From the IMG/VR virus record IMGVR_UViG_3300030503_000181: a DNA stretch of 64,000 nt, one strand, 5' to 3'. Below are positions 30,472 to 42,061 of this stretch, in pieces (positions within the stretch are counted from its first letter, which is position 1; every line of letters starts with the position of its first letter). The stretch comes from an uncultured virus (IMG/VR IMGVR_UViG_3300030503_000181) (lineage: Duplodnaviria; Heunggongvirae; Uroviricota; Caudoviricetes). The notes beneath the pieces were generated by a model, which made no database searches, was not told the origin of the DNA, and saw only the letters and a list, made by a program, of their open reading frames with translations. Position numbers and translations under genes: made by a program.

Positions 30472-31787
30472 ACAGATTCGCCGCAACCACAGTCATCCGA
30501 GAATTGCAGAGGAACGGCTTTGAAGCTTTCCTCGTAGGCGGCTGTGTGCGCGACATGATCCTCGGCAATGAACCGAAGGATTTCGACGTGACCACGAATG
30601 CTCTCCCTGAACAAGTGCAGGCGATCTTCACCAAGACCCTGCCAGTTGGCGTCAGCTTTGGTGTGGTCATCGTTGTGGTCGATGTTGACGGCAAGGACGA
30701 GCAGATCGAAGTTGCTACCTACCGCACAGACGGTCTGTACTCCGATGGTCGGCGTCCCGACACCGTTGAGTACGGCAAGACTGCACGCGAGGACGTGGAA
30801 CGCCGCGACTTCACGATGAACGGCTTGCTCCTGACTACGCCGATGGATTTCCCTGTCAAGGGTGTGACCGCCGAAGACCATGACATGTTCGACGGTTACG
30901 GCATTGTTGACTTTGTTGGTGGACGGGAAGACATCAAGGCTCGGCTTATCCGCTGTATCGGCGACCCCAACAAGCGATTCACCGAGGACGCCCTGCGGAT
31001 GATGCGGGCGATGCGCTTTGCCGCTAAGCTTGGCTTCAAGATCGAGCCGCGCACGTTCGAGGCGATCACCGCCAACGCATCGAAGATAGTGAATGTCAGT
31101 CGCGAGCGGGTAGCTATGGAAATGTTCAAGTTGCTGACGGCCCCATTTCCGCTTGATGGGCTCGTCCCCCTGTTCTCTTCTGGGTTGGCGGCACACGTGT
31201 TCCCACGCGAGTTCATGGACAACCTTCTGCTCGGTCGAACGCTGCGCCGATTCGAGGAGTTCCACACAACGGACCCCGTGTTGGCGATGGCGATGTTTCT
31301 CGCCGATACGTCGAACCCTAAGACGCCGATGACGATGGCTCAGAATTTGAAGTTGTCGAACGACGAGAAGGCGCGGATCGTGACTGCATTGTTGTACGTC
31401 AGTGCGATTCCGAAGGCGCGGGAATACGATTCTAAGCCTTCTCACTTCAAGCGAACGATGCGAGTGGCGGGGATCGAGTTGGCTCTGGAGATCGCTGTCC
31501 AGAACGAACTGATCGGCGTCACCAGTGTCGGCACCGAGGCTCTGATGTCGATTGTTAACGACTACAGGGGCTTGACGGCTGAGGAAATTTACCCCGCTCC
31601 GTTAGTGACGGGAAATGACCTGATCGCCGCTGGCTATACCCCGGGTCCTACTTTCCGCGACGTTTTGTACGCTGTCGAGACGGAACAGTTGGACGGCAAG
31701 CTGACTACTCATGAACAGGCTCTCCAGCGGGCATTCGTACTCATGGCTGGAGTATCTGGCGAATACGTATTCGATGGTGGGGCGTGA
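30468..31787 (+). CDS. cca: tRNA nucleotidyltransferase (CCA-adding/poly(A) polymerase family)
   Basis: LVGGCVRD, KDFDV, EVATYR, RRDFTMN, EDALRMMRAMRF, SRER; GTG start 30468 after an AGGAG. Confidence 0.9.
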   Translation: MNRFAATTVIRELQRNGFEAFLVGGCVRDMILGNEPKDFDVTTNALPEQVQAIFTKTLPVGVSFGVVIVVVDVDGKDEQIEVATYRTDGLYSDGRRPDTVEYGKTAREDVERRDFTMNGLLLTTPMDFPVKGVTAEDHDMFDGYGIVDFVGGREDIKARLIRCIGDPNKRFTEDALRMMRAMRFAAKLGFKIEPRTFEAITANASKIVNVSRERVAMEMFKLLTAPFPLDGLVPLFSSGLAAHVFPREFMDNLLLGRTLRRFEEFHTTDPVLAMAMFLADTSNPKTPMTMAQNLKLSNDEKARIVTALLYVSAIPKAREYDSKPSHFKRTMRVAGIELALEIAVQNELIGVTSVGTEALMSIVNDYRGLTAEEIYPAPLVTGNDLIAAGYTPGPTFRDVLYAVETEQLDGKLTTHEQALQRAFVLMAGVSGEYVFDGGA

Positions 31788-32407
31788 GTACCGCCCCCAT
31801 CTTCGTTACGGGCACCCCTCCTTCCCGTTTCAGGATGGTCTACTTCCTGCTCGACCCGACCAGCTACAAGGAAACTAACAAGCTGGAGCAGCTAGTCAGA
31901 TCGTCTTTCCCCCACGTCAGATTTCTGGAATTGTACCTGCCGCCATACCGGGTCTACGAGAAACAGGTAGAACTCTGGGCGTCTAACCTGCTCCCACTTC
32001 TGATGCCGAACACGCTGCTGGTCGGTATAGGACGTGCGGGTACGGCGGCTTGTTGGCTACAAGAGCATTTCCCCGATCTAAACCTGTCAGTCATGGCGGT
32101 CAATGCTATGACCGAGGAGCCAGACTTTACGGTCGAGCGTCGGTGTGATAATCGAGTGGCTCTCTTTTCCAGCAGTTACACACCAATCAAAGGCTACACC
32201 CAGAATTGGTCGTGGATGGCCGAAATTTCATTTGACGTGGACTGGCTCCAGCATGGTATTCTCTCGGAGAGCGGTGCAAATCTTTGCAAGTATTCGGTGT
32301 TGGCATTCGTCACCGCGTACCTCATGCAGCCAGACATAAGGGAATCATGTTCCCGGGTCCTTGGGGACGGAGAGTACGAGTCGTTTCTACCATGTAGACG
32401 GGCCTGA
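31784..32407 (+). CDS. Hypothetical protein, possibly a degenerate alpha/beta-hydrolase fold
   Basis: LLVGIGRAG at the nucleophile-elbow position but no catalytic Ser. Confidence 0.35.
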   Translation: MSTAPIFVTGTPPSRFRMVYFLLDPTSYKETNKLEQLVRSSFPHVRFLELYLPPYRVYEKQVELWASNLLPLLMPNTLLVGIGRAGTAACWLQEHFPDLNLSVMAVNAMTEEPDFTVERRCDNRVALFSSSYTPIKGYTQNWSWMAEISFDVDWLQHGILSESGANLCKYSVLAFVTAYLMQPDIRESCSRVLGDGEYESFLPCRRA

Positions 32408-32548
32408 ACTGAACGATTTCATTTTGGACTTCCTCCCCGTAGGCGTATGTGCGGAGATCATCACATGGTCATTCGACCCAAAATTTGTTAATGAAAACTA
32501 ACCAAAATTCGAATCTCTTAGGTAGAATGTCCTGTAGAGGGGCTTCTA

Positions 32549-33843
32549 ATGTCTTCGATGGACAAAGACTCGCTTCTGGCTGCGGCTTTCCTCTTCGGGT
32601 TAGCTTGCCTCCCTGTTGTCGCACTCGTCTACGCGGTACGTGCCAGCAAACCCAAGGATCACCCCAAAACATTCGAGGAACTCTACCCAGACGAGCACCG
32701 TTTCATCTGAGGGTCACTCATGCATAGCTTTGCAGTTAAAATCGACGACGCGGGGGCGTTCGGCATCGACGAAACCTTTAGTCTGTTCGCTTCGGACATC
32801 GTAGAAGCGGCGATCAAGGCTCTCGACATCCTGAATGCATTACACGAGAACATCCGCAAGGCCGAATTCGAGCTTGAACCCGAAATCCTCCGCATCGCCT
32901 ACATATCGGATGAGGGCGTACTGACGGGCGGCGAGGCTATCCCCAGCGACAATTGGGCTCAGGAATTCGCCGACCAAATGACCATCAGAATCAAAAAATA
33001 CCTATGCTAGACACCACCGACATCAGCCTCGTCGTTCCTTGCCATTACTACTCGCATGGCGGCTACCACTGCGTTGAAGGACATCTCTTCAAGTATGTCC
33101 ACCCAGACCATAGCATGGACCTAGAAGGTGAAAAGGCGGGCGTGATTGCCGAGGTTGTCAGGGAAGAGGGCATTCCCATCCAATGTCCCGCCTGCGAAGG
33201 CAAGGGCGTCCTTCTGACAAGGCTTGGTCGCCAGACGATTCAGTTTTTACAAACCTACGCCTACCCGATGCTTCGGGAAATGGTGCAGGATATCATGGAG
33301 GAGAAACTGTAGTGAGCTACGAATTGGATGAGTTCGAAGATTATCCACAGGATGATTTCGAGGACGTGGAAGAGTCCGAAGTCGTGGACGACTTGGACGA
33401 TGAGTTGCCCGAGATTGATGTGTACGACGATGAGGCGTACTACTACGACCCTTACGAGGGGTACGAGGAAGACGAACAGATCGAAGAGGCCGAAGCCGAC
33501 ACCGTTTGTACGAAGTGCGACGGCACCGGGGAGTTCCCCGAAGACCACCTGTGCAAAGCCTGCAACGGGAAAGGCTCCATCGGTGAGTAAAGAGATCACC
33601 ATCACACCTGACGGTAAAGCCAAGGTAAGCACGGTCATGCGCCTCGGCAACGGTCAGGCGTTCTTTCGCTCAATGCTTGGAACGTGCGGCACGATTTGCG
33701 GCAAGCCCGGACACGAGGACAACGAGAAGCCTCACGTCCGCAACGATTCGTGTTGGAACTGGCAGGCTGGCGATTATCTTTATCTGGGCGAGATTCGCGA
33801 TACAAAGATCACCTTCAAGCCTGAGACCGAAGACCTGCTGTAA
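32549..33843 (+). other. Small hypothetical genes, including a membrane peptide (32549-32710), 32720-33010, and Zn-finger-like ORFs ending at 33312 and 33590
   Basis: Contiguous ORFs with CxxCxGxG motifs; one is highly acidic. Confidence 0.5.
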
Positions 33844-33848
33844 CCCCT

Positions 33849-33909
33849 TGAAAACAAGCCAAATATAGTCTGAATTTCCTATCGATTCTCGCCTGTTTTT
33901 GGGTATAAT
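33849..33909 (+). promoter_or_regulatory. Class A phage promoter, copy 4
   Basis: TGAAAACAAG (33849), CCTATCGATT (33878)-N16-TATAAT (33904); ATG at 33916. Confidence 0.75.
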
Positions 33910-33915
33910 AGGCAC

Positions 33916-34035
33916 ATGAGCGATCAGACGGTAGCCAAAACAATCCTCGAACAGCTTGGCGGTCGTAAGTTCATCGTCATGACTGGTGCGAAGAATTTTA
34001 TCGGTTCCGATAACAGCCTCTCCTTCCGTCTCCCC
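33916..34035 (+). pseudogene. 5' fragment of a conserved phage protein
   Basis: MSDQTVAKTILEQLGGRKFIVMTGAKNFIGSDNSLSFRLP is a recognisable phage-protein N-terminus; the similarity stops where the integrase sequence starts. Confidence 0.55.
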
Positions 34036-35138
34036 GCTTTCAGATCACCAAGAACGGCAAACGAGTGGAGAATACCAAGTGCATCGGGTTGGTCAGCGCA
34101 TTGCCGACTGAATCCGCCGCATGGAAGAAGGTCGATGAGATGGTTTTGCGGGTTGAGGCAAACAAGGACGCCGTTGAAATCGTGACGTTCGGTGTGCTTG
34201 CCCTCAGGTATCTGACGCCAGATCGAGACCATGCGGTTGTTCATTACGTCAAGAAGGTGATGGTTCCGAAGTGGGGCATGACGCCCATTGACGACATCAG
34301 GCGGAAGGACGTGAGGGACTGGTTGATGGGTCTCGATTACTCTGGGCCAACAATCCAGAAAATCAAAGGGATTATGCACGCTGTGTTTGAGTACGGGATA
34401 TTCGAGGAAAGTTGCTCGACCAATCCGTGCTCTGGTTGGCGTCTAAAGAATGTCGGCTCTGACTACAAGCCTCTGATGGTCACGCCAGAGCAGACGCTCA
34501 GCATCCTGCGATCCTTCACCGATCCTCTGTACTTTGCGTTGGTGTTCACCGTCGCAGCTACCGCTCTTCGGGCATCCGAAGTTGTGGCGTTGCGATGGGC
34601 GGACATTCTCTGGGATGAGAATCGCATTCGGGTGAATAAGCGTTGGAGATTAGGTGCGGATGGCAAGCCAAAGACTGAGGCAAGCAATTCAACTGTTGCC
34701 CTCGGCAGTGCTTTGGCTCAGGCCCTTCGATCATGGAGAGAAGCCAGCCCGTACACCGCTGGCACCGATTTTGTTTTTCCGTCACTCACGATGATGGGGA
34801 AGGTGCCAGTCTGCACGAGCGTGTTCGTCAGGAATTATCTACGCAAGGCTGCAATCGCGGCGGGTGTGGTGATTCCCGATGGCTATCGCTTTGGTCTCCA
34901 CAATCTCAGGTCTTCACTTTCACATTGGCTTGTTAACCAAAACGTGGATGTGAAAACTGTCTCCACCATGCTCCGTCACTCCAAAATCCAAACCACGCTC
35001 GATCTCTACACACAGGGCAGGAATGACAGCAAAATCGCTGCCCAAGATAAGTACGTCGCGGCGATAGGAATCGGTCGAATTCCCAGTATTACAAGGGATG
35101 AAGACCCTTCCTTTGACCAAAGGTATGATTGTTCTTGA
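34035..35138 (+). CDS. Tyrosine recombinase/integrase, apparently 5'-truncated
   Basis: ALRASEVVALRW, KPKTEAS, HNLR, MLRHS...TLDLY catalytic motifs. The frame is open from RFQITKNGKRVEN (34035) with an in-frame TAA at 34011; the only start is GTG 34065. Confidence 0.85.
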   Translation, partial: RFQITKNGKRVENTKCIGLVSALPTESAAWKKVDEMVLRVEANKDAVEIVTFGVLALRYLTPDRDHAVVHYVKKVMVPKWGMTPIDDIRRKDVRDWLMGLDYSGPTIQKIKGIMHAVFEYGIFEESCSTNPCSGWRLKNVGSDYKPLMVTPEQTLSILRSFTDPLYFALVFTVAATALRASEVVALRWADILWDENRIRVNKRWRLGADGKPKTEASNSTVALGSALAQALRSWREASPYTAGTDFVFPSLTMMGKVPVCTSVFVRNYLRKAAIAAGVVIPDGYRFGLHNLRSSLSHWLVNQNVDVKTVSTMLRHSKIQTTLDLYTQGRNDSKIAAQDKYVAAIGIGRIPSITRDEDPSFDQRYDCS

Positions 35139-35740
35139 GGCCCATGGAAGGCGCGGGATTGCGGGAGAAGATCAACCAAATTTGGCAGTATTAGACAAAG
35201 AGGGATCGAGTCAGTCGTTTGAAGCCCCAGAGGAGAAACAGTGAGAGAACCTATTCCAGTTCAGTACGGCAATCACCGGGTCACATGGTCAGTGTCATGT
35301 ACCGTCCACGGAGAGAACCACTGCATGTGCGGCTTGGACAACATGCGTATCGGCGAGGGGATCACACCCGAACAAGTAGGTGAGCTTCTGGGCGCAGACG
35401 ATTACGCACTTGATGGAACGGCACATCCAGAGTATGCAGTCAATCTGGTTGAACTTGCTGACCGCATCAATGACCATTTCGGTCGTGTGCCGACCACAAT
35501 AGGAGAGAAGCAATGAAAGCACGAAGTGAACGAATGCTAATTGAAGCCGCCGAGCACGCACTCGCTAACCCCGGCACACGGGTGCTGGTGCTGAACGGCA
35601 AAGTTAATCTGGTGATTGAGTCCGTAGTCGCTGACACGCCGTCTATGGAAGAAGTAATCGCCGCAGAGAACAAAGCTATGGGGCTGGATGGGGCTGTGGT
35701 TGAAGTCCCAGAGTAACGTTACCAAAGAAATCGCAGCATT

Positions 35741-35772
35741 CCTATCGATTCCACGGAGCGTTTGGGTATAAT
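35741..35772 (+). promoter_or_regulatory. Class A phage promoter, copy 5
   Basis: CCTATCGATT-N16-TATAAT; ATG at 35778 opens a 48-aa hydrophobic ORF (35778-35924). Confidence 0.75.
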
Positions 35773-37459
35773 GTAATATGAGCAAACTTTTCTCACTGTT
35801 GACAGTGGCAAGCATCGTCGGGGGCTTCGTCATAGGCTTCTCCACGGGCTTCATCGCTACAGGCATCATCGGGGGCTTCCTACTGGCGTTTGTGTTTAGC
35901 ATCCCCGTCAATGAGGCCAAGTGATCGACTTCTGCCCCGCTGAGACCCCGCTCCAAGTCCCAGTCCTGACCAGCTTTCAGTTGCGGGATCAGGTCTATGT
36001 GGTGGATGTCGAGGGACTGCTCCTCAACATTCAGACGGGGCCTGAGCGCGTATCAGGAGCGCATGGAAGTTTTGATGGGGCAGATGAAGGAAACGATGCA
36101 GAATGAGGGCATCGCATACATAGGAGCATAAGCCATGTTTGGATTTGGGAAGGGCAAGAGCAAGCCAGTGAAGCCCGAGGAGCCGAAGGAAGATAAGCCG
36201 CTGCGCTTCTACGCCTACTATAACGCAGTCTGCATCATGGGCAAGGCTCCATGGCCTCCGATGATTAAAGATCATTCAGGGCACGACCGCTTCGATCTGT
36301 ACCAGCATATCGCGGACGCCCTGAACGTGAAGCACCGCTACAGCTTTGTGCGTAAGCAACTCGCGTTAACGGTCGCGGCGTATGAACGCGGCGACATCGA
36401 CAAACAGAAAGTGGCGGACGATTTGATCCACATGCTGCAAGTCATTCGCGCCGACGAGAAGCGCGACGAGCCTCTGTTCGCCGAGCACGAACGCAAGCTG
36501 GCGGAATACGAGCGCACCAACGGGAATTGGGGAGGATAGTATGCCAATAGCTGACGGAGTTCTGACAATCACACCCGAAGACATCAAGATCACCGATCAC
36601 CTTTGGGATGCGTTCGGTCACTATGAGACCGAAATTTCCGCTGACTGGCTTGTCCGCTTCGCCCAACAGCGGGGTGAGGGTTGGAAGCCGTTCACCTACG
36701 CCGACATCGAGGCGTTCTACTCGAAGAGCGGCAGGTTACGTGAGTTCGGTTTCAACAAGCTGATCGACAAGGGCTTCATCGTCCTCCAGAAGGCGGGCAC
36801 CATCGGCTTTGAGGGGACGGCTTTCATCGGCTACACGAAAGACGTTTATCTCTACACCGAGGAGTTCATCGCCCGGTGCCACAGGTCCGCAAACAAGATC
36901 AGGGTCTCGGAATGAGTTTTGACGACCGCACTATGCGGCTGGATGATAGCCCGCGTGATCGGGTGCGGCAGGTTCATCCGAGCATCATCTGCACCGCCGT
37001 CTATTGGAACGGTCGGCGGGCTGGCTATGTCGTCTCCCTGAACGGAAAGACTATCGCGTCGGCGACCCAAGCGTATCAGGCGTGGTTGCTGGCGGAAGCG
37101 AAGCTACTATAGGAGCCCTATGTTCATCCTGTCAGTTTTTCTATTCATTCTTGGCATGGCAATGCTGATCGACACGCCAGCGAACAGGGCGATGAGATAC
37201 GCAAAGCTGATCGGCCTGCTGTGCCTATTAGGTTCGTTCGCTACCTGCGGACTATCATCAATTCACTGAGGAGACTATGCCAAAGAAGAGACCTGCTATC
37301 GAGTACCCCGAGGATGTCATCGTCGAAGCTAGGCTTCGCCGCATGAGACCGGACGACTACCTTCGCCAGATGTCGGAATGCAGCATGGCTGACCAGCGGA
37401 TGGACGAGATCGACCGCAAGAAACTGGCTGAAATGCAACCCGAAGAACTCGTAAGTGAC

Positions 37460-37520
37460 TGAAAACAAGACAAATATAGCTATAAAATCCTAGCGATTCC
37501 ACTCACTTTTTGGGTATAAT
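37460..37520 (+). promoter_or_regulatory. Class A phage promoter, copy 6
   Basis: TGAAAACAAG (37460), CCTAGCGATT (37489)-N16-TATAAT (37515); ATG at 37527. Confidence 0.75.
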
Positions 37521-40500
37521 AGACCCATGAGCAGACTGAGACTGAACGTCAAAGCGATGGCGGCACGCAGCAAAGCCCGTACCGCTCAGATCGTGGTCGG
37601 TAACACCTACTTCCTGTCCAGCTTCTACGACAAAGACGGCTGCATGGTGCGAGTGCACTCGAAGTCCACCGAGAAGAACACCGCTGGCTGGCCTTCGACG
37701 GTCAAGGTGGTGGTTCTGGAGCCGCTCGGCGACGACGCTGGCAAGGACTACTACGCGGTCGGCACCGTCCACACCTGCAACGCGACCAACCTGTATGAAA
37801 AGCGTTCGGACGCCTCGCACACGCGGAGGGCGTTCTAATGGATCAACCCACGATTATGGCCGCCGATCACCGCCAGATGCTTAGCTACTGGCTGATAAAC
37901 ACCCCGGGGGCAAAAGCAGAGTTTCTGGCGAACAATATGATCCGCAGGTTCAAAATGGACGCGAACACCGCATGGATTCTGGCTACGCGGTTCATCAACG
38001 AACGGAGGGGACAATGAGCGCATGTTGGGGTACGGCAAAATCACTTGAGTCGGTGCCACGATTACAACGTATGTGGCGCATGTGGTCCTACGTTTCGGTG
38101 GGTTCGATCTTCTACCTGCTGGTCCGTTTTTACAACTAACAAGCACTTTAGAGAGGGGCAACACTATGGAATCCACCAATCGCCATCAGATTCGCATAAA
38201 CGGTTTGATTATCAACCACATTGATGTGCGGCACGCGCTCGTAGACGGCGTACCGTGCGGCGAGTGGCAGATCGCCATCGAAGACCCCGTTCTCGGCTGG
38301 ATGACCATAGACGACAACGACAACCTGTGGGATAATGATCTACCGAAGTTCGTACTGGAGGTCCGTGCCAACCCATGGGTCTCTGTTATGGACATGCGGG
38401 ACGGCAACGAATTGCCAGTTCTCGGCTGGCGGCAGGTATCTGTCGCTCAACTGCTTGAACTTTTAGAGTCTACAGGGGTCTTAGTTAGGGAGACCCGCTA
38501 GGGCATCATGGGATTTTTCGACGACTACAACGAGGAAGAGCGTCCACGCCGTAAGTCTCGACGTGCGAACGCCGACGACGCTGCCGACGACAGGCTCGAT
38601 TGGCGAGACCTTGGCGAAGGCATCGACGAACCCGGGCAGTACGAAGTTCCTCGTGACGAGGAACCAGACGAGGAGTCCGAAGAGGACGAAGACACGATCC
38701 AAGAACTTGAGATCGATGACCACGGCAGGATGCGTCGTTCGAGCCGGGACGAGATTGACCCCGATTTTTGGAACGAAGACGAATAGTCCAAACTATGAGG
38801 CAAGCGATTAAAGTCGCGCTACTCTGCATCGTGATTGGGTTCTCGCTCGGCTACCTTGGTCTGTCTGTTCACGGCATCATGGTGGAAAAGGCTCAGGCCG
38901 CTAAACCCTCCCCCACATTTCAAAATCCTGACATTTACATAGGTGGGCGGCACTCGTCGCCGTTCACGTTTGGTCCGCCTGCAAACACCGATCCTCCGTT
39001 CTTCGATCCATTCACCCAGAGTCCGACTCGTGCCATGCCCCATCCACGACCGCCTCAGCCGCCACAGGATGACGCCACGTGCATCGGCACCGCTGACCCA
39101 TGCCAGTTACGGAAGGTCATCAGGATATGAGTGTAGCCATACTGGAAAGCCGCGAAGTCTACGATACGATCCCCGGTTCAATCAAGGACGCCGCCCTCGC
39201 CCTCCTGACCTCATTGCTAGAGCCCGTGTCGCCCGAGATACGCGCAGACTATGCCAAGGACCCCATCAACTGGTGGAAGCAGGGACACTTCCATTTCGGT
39301 CTCGCCGTCCGCAATCAACTTCGTCGCAAGGGGTATGACGCCGCCTACTTCGGTGTCAGCAACTTGGACGACATCTACGTTTTTCTCGTCGAAGAAGCAC
39401 TCAAACTCCGCTAAACGTGGTATTATATCTGTTAGGTTAGTTGGAGGCGGATATGAGCCACAAAACTCAACTCGAACTGGAAATCGAACAGCAGGAATTG
39501 GACGCACAGAAGAAAGCTGCGGCCAAGGAAAAGAAGGACGCGGCGGACGCCGAGAGCAATCGCCTTTATTGCCGCAACAAATTCCGCGAAGTCACCGCGC
39601 CTCTGGTTGAATGGGCTGGTGCTGAATACACTTTCGATCAGGGACTCAAGTTTACCTTCCGTGGCGAAGCGTACAAGGTCGAAGTCTCCCGCTTTTGGTT
39701 GGAAGGTGACAACGAGAGTGGTATGCCCGCTGGTTATAGCACGGCGTGGTATCTGTACGGCAGGGGCAAAGAAGCCCGTCTTGCTAACGATTGGGCGAAT
39801 TTCTTCCCAGATCGCGATGGTAGGTGGGGGTATCACTGCGGCCCGATTAAAGAACGTGTCATCGCGTGCATCAAGGAAATTGACGAAGAAGTCGAACGAG
39901 ATCGGCATCGGAGGTAATCATGAAAGCTGCTCAAGCACGATCCAAAGCAGTATCCATCGCACAGAAAGAAGCAGCCGAGAAATCTGCTGCACTCCAGAAG
40001 CGTCGTGCGGCTCTCAAGGAGTCCGTCCCACGTCTTCGCGCTGAACGCATCAAGGGAATTGAAGCCAACTTCCGCGAACATATCGGGTACGCAGTCGAGG
40101 ATGGACAGAAGAGTACCCAGATCATACTGTCCTCAAACAGTAGGGATATTCTACGTGGGCGGTATAAGTATCTTCCCATGAAAGTCTCTGGCAGGAATTA
40201 TCACGGAGAAACTGAACGCAGCTATTACCATGCATGGGGTGAGGGCTATCTCAAGTACGCCGCGTGGGGCAAGTATGTCAAGCTGGTGTTGACGAGGCTC
40301 CGTCGTGACGGGTACAAGTGTGTGGTGACGGGCGAGAATGTGGAGCACGATGATTCCGCCGCCTACCTGAATAGTGGCGGTGAGTGCGGCTCCGAGGATA
40401 CGTACTACACACGTGACACAATTCTGACGATCAAGTGGTGAAAACATGAGAGCCAAAGAAGCAAAACTTGCCGCCCAGAAAAGGGCCGAAGAAATCAAGC

Positions 40501-41078
40501 AGCAACGCGAAGAAGCCGACAACGCCCGCGCTGAAAAGCAAGCCAAAGAGTGGCGCGAACGGCGGGCTAACTGGCTCAAGAACGAAATCTCAGGCATCGA
40601 AGAAGACATCGCTGAGGCTGTGGATAAAGGGAAGTCCGCAATCGAGGTTTGGTTGGCGTCGGAGGACAAACCCGAACTGGCGGAAGAGAAAGCCTTCTGG
40701 GAACGATTCGCTTACAAGCCAGAACTGAAGAAGGTCATCGCTCATTTCAAAGATTTGGACTACGACCTCAAGTTCAGGGTTAAGAAGAGAGAGAACGTTG
40801 ACCTCTCCGACCTGAGCCCTCGCGACAACTGGTTTACCTACGAGACCGTCTTGGATGTAAGCTGGTGAAGGCCCTCCTTGAAGAGCAGGTCGGCATCTAC
40901 CTGTCGGACGTGGCTGGGCACCTACTCAGCGTGAAGATCAACCCCGTCCGTGTCGCCTGCATCTCCTGTTCGGAGACCTGCGACATGTCGAACTTCCCCA
41001 CCAAGCTAAAGGCCGCTCCAGCGACCAAAGCTTTCATGGACAAACATGGGGCTCTCGACCGCAAAATTGCCGACAGCA

Positions 41079-41582
41079 TCAATGAGATTGTTGAGAAGTT
41101 TCTGGGTTTAATTGATGAGGGCAGTACCCATAAAACCCTATAGCACAATTGCAGTTGTGGCACAAAACTCGAAATCCATCTGGGAAATTGTTCTTGATTA
41201 GCCAGACTGCAATGCGAACTGCGGAGTTGTCTTTCTTTCGATGTTTAGCCCCATTCCCGTCAGCGTGGTCTATGGCTAAAAATTCGTACCTACTCTCCCC
41301 GCAGCATTCGCATTTCCCACCATAATGAGCCAGACAACGTTCCCGATTTTCGCGGTTTCTTTTCGCGTTGGTTGCTGCTTTGTATTCTTTGTTTTCCGCG
41401 TTCCACTTAGCGGTGTTTCGTTTCATTCGAGCCACAACATCGGGTTGACCCGCGATCTCGGCGTAGCGAGCGTTCATTTTTGAGCGATGACAGGTCTTAC
41501 AGTAGGTGCTCAGCCCGTCTTTACTGTGAGAGTCTTTGTAGAACTCACCCTCTTTTTCACATTGCGGACAAATCTTTCCCAT
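41079..41582 (-). CDS. HNH endonuclease inserted antisense to the gene block
   Basis: CPQC/CKTC; YGGKCECCGE...LAIDHADG...RVLCHNCN. Confidence 0.85.
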   Translation of the reverse strand: MGKICPQCEKEGEFYKDSHSKDGLSTYCKTCHRSKMNARYAEIAGQPDVVARMKRNTAKWNAENKEYKAATNAKRNRENRERCLAHYGGKCECCGESRYEFLAIDHADGNGAKHRKKDNSAVRIAVWLIKNNFPDGFRVLCHNCNCAIGFYGYCPHQLNPETSQQSH

Positions 41583-42061
41583 GATTAGTAATACGGAAGA
41601 TTGCTAACGTTGTTTGGAAATTTTTCTAAATGAAATTCCTGTTGCTTAACTAGAGGGACTTCCATTGTACGAACTCTTCATGTTCCCGACCGAGATCGAA
41701 CATCAGGGCACCCGAGAATTGGTTCGCCACAATTTCCCGCTGGCGGAACTCTGCGACGTGGTAGACCCTCCGCATATCTGCATGGACTTCCATCTCGATA
41801 TACAGCGCGGGTTGTTCCTCCGCTGGGCGCTGGAGACCACGGACGGCGGCAATCGCGTGGTGCATTACTGCTACAATCTGTCCATGGCCCTGACCGATAT
41901 CCCCATGCCTCACTGGTTGGTAAACGAGCTTCGCACCCAGCCCGATCTTTTCGATTCCCTGTCCCGCTAAGAAATTTCTCAACTACCAGTATTACTCTAT
42001 AGTGGGGCAATGCCCCTAGTGCAGTTAAATTCAAACGAAGTACCAGTACAGTGAGGTCAGC

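Larger units (their letters stand above)
35241..41143 (+). other. Run of small hypothetical genes, e.g. 35241-35516, 35513-35716, 36135-36539, 36541-36915, 37277-37462, 37527-37838, 38508-38786 (acidic), ORFs ending at 39414 and 39917, 39920-40441, 40446-40868, 40865-41143
   Basis: Dense co-oriented ORFs; no recognised family. Confidence 0.6.

Noticed and set aside
34035..35138. Integrase as evidence of a prophage boundary or temperate lifestyle
   Set aside because: Phage-type genes and the same promoter class continue on both sides, no att repeats were found, and the gene appears truncated.
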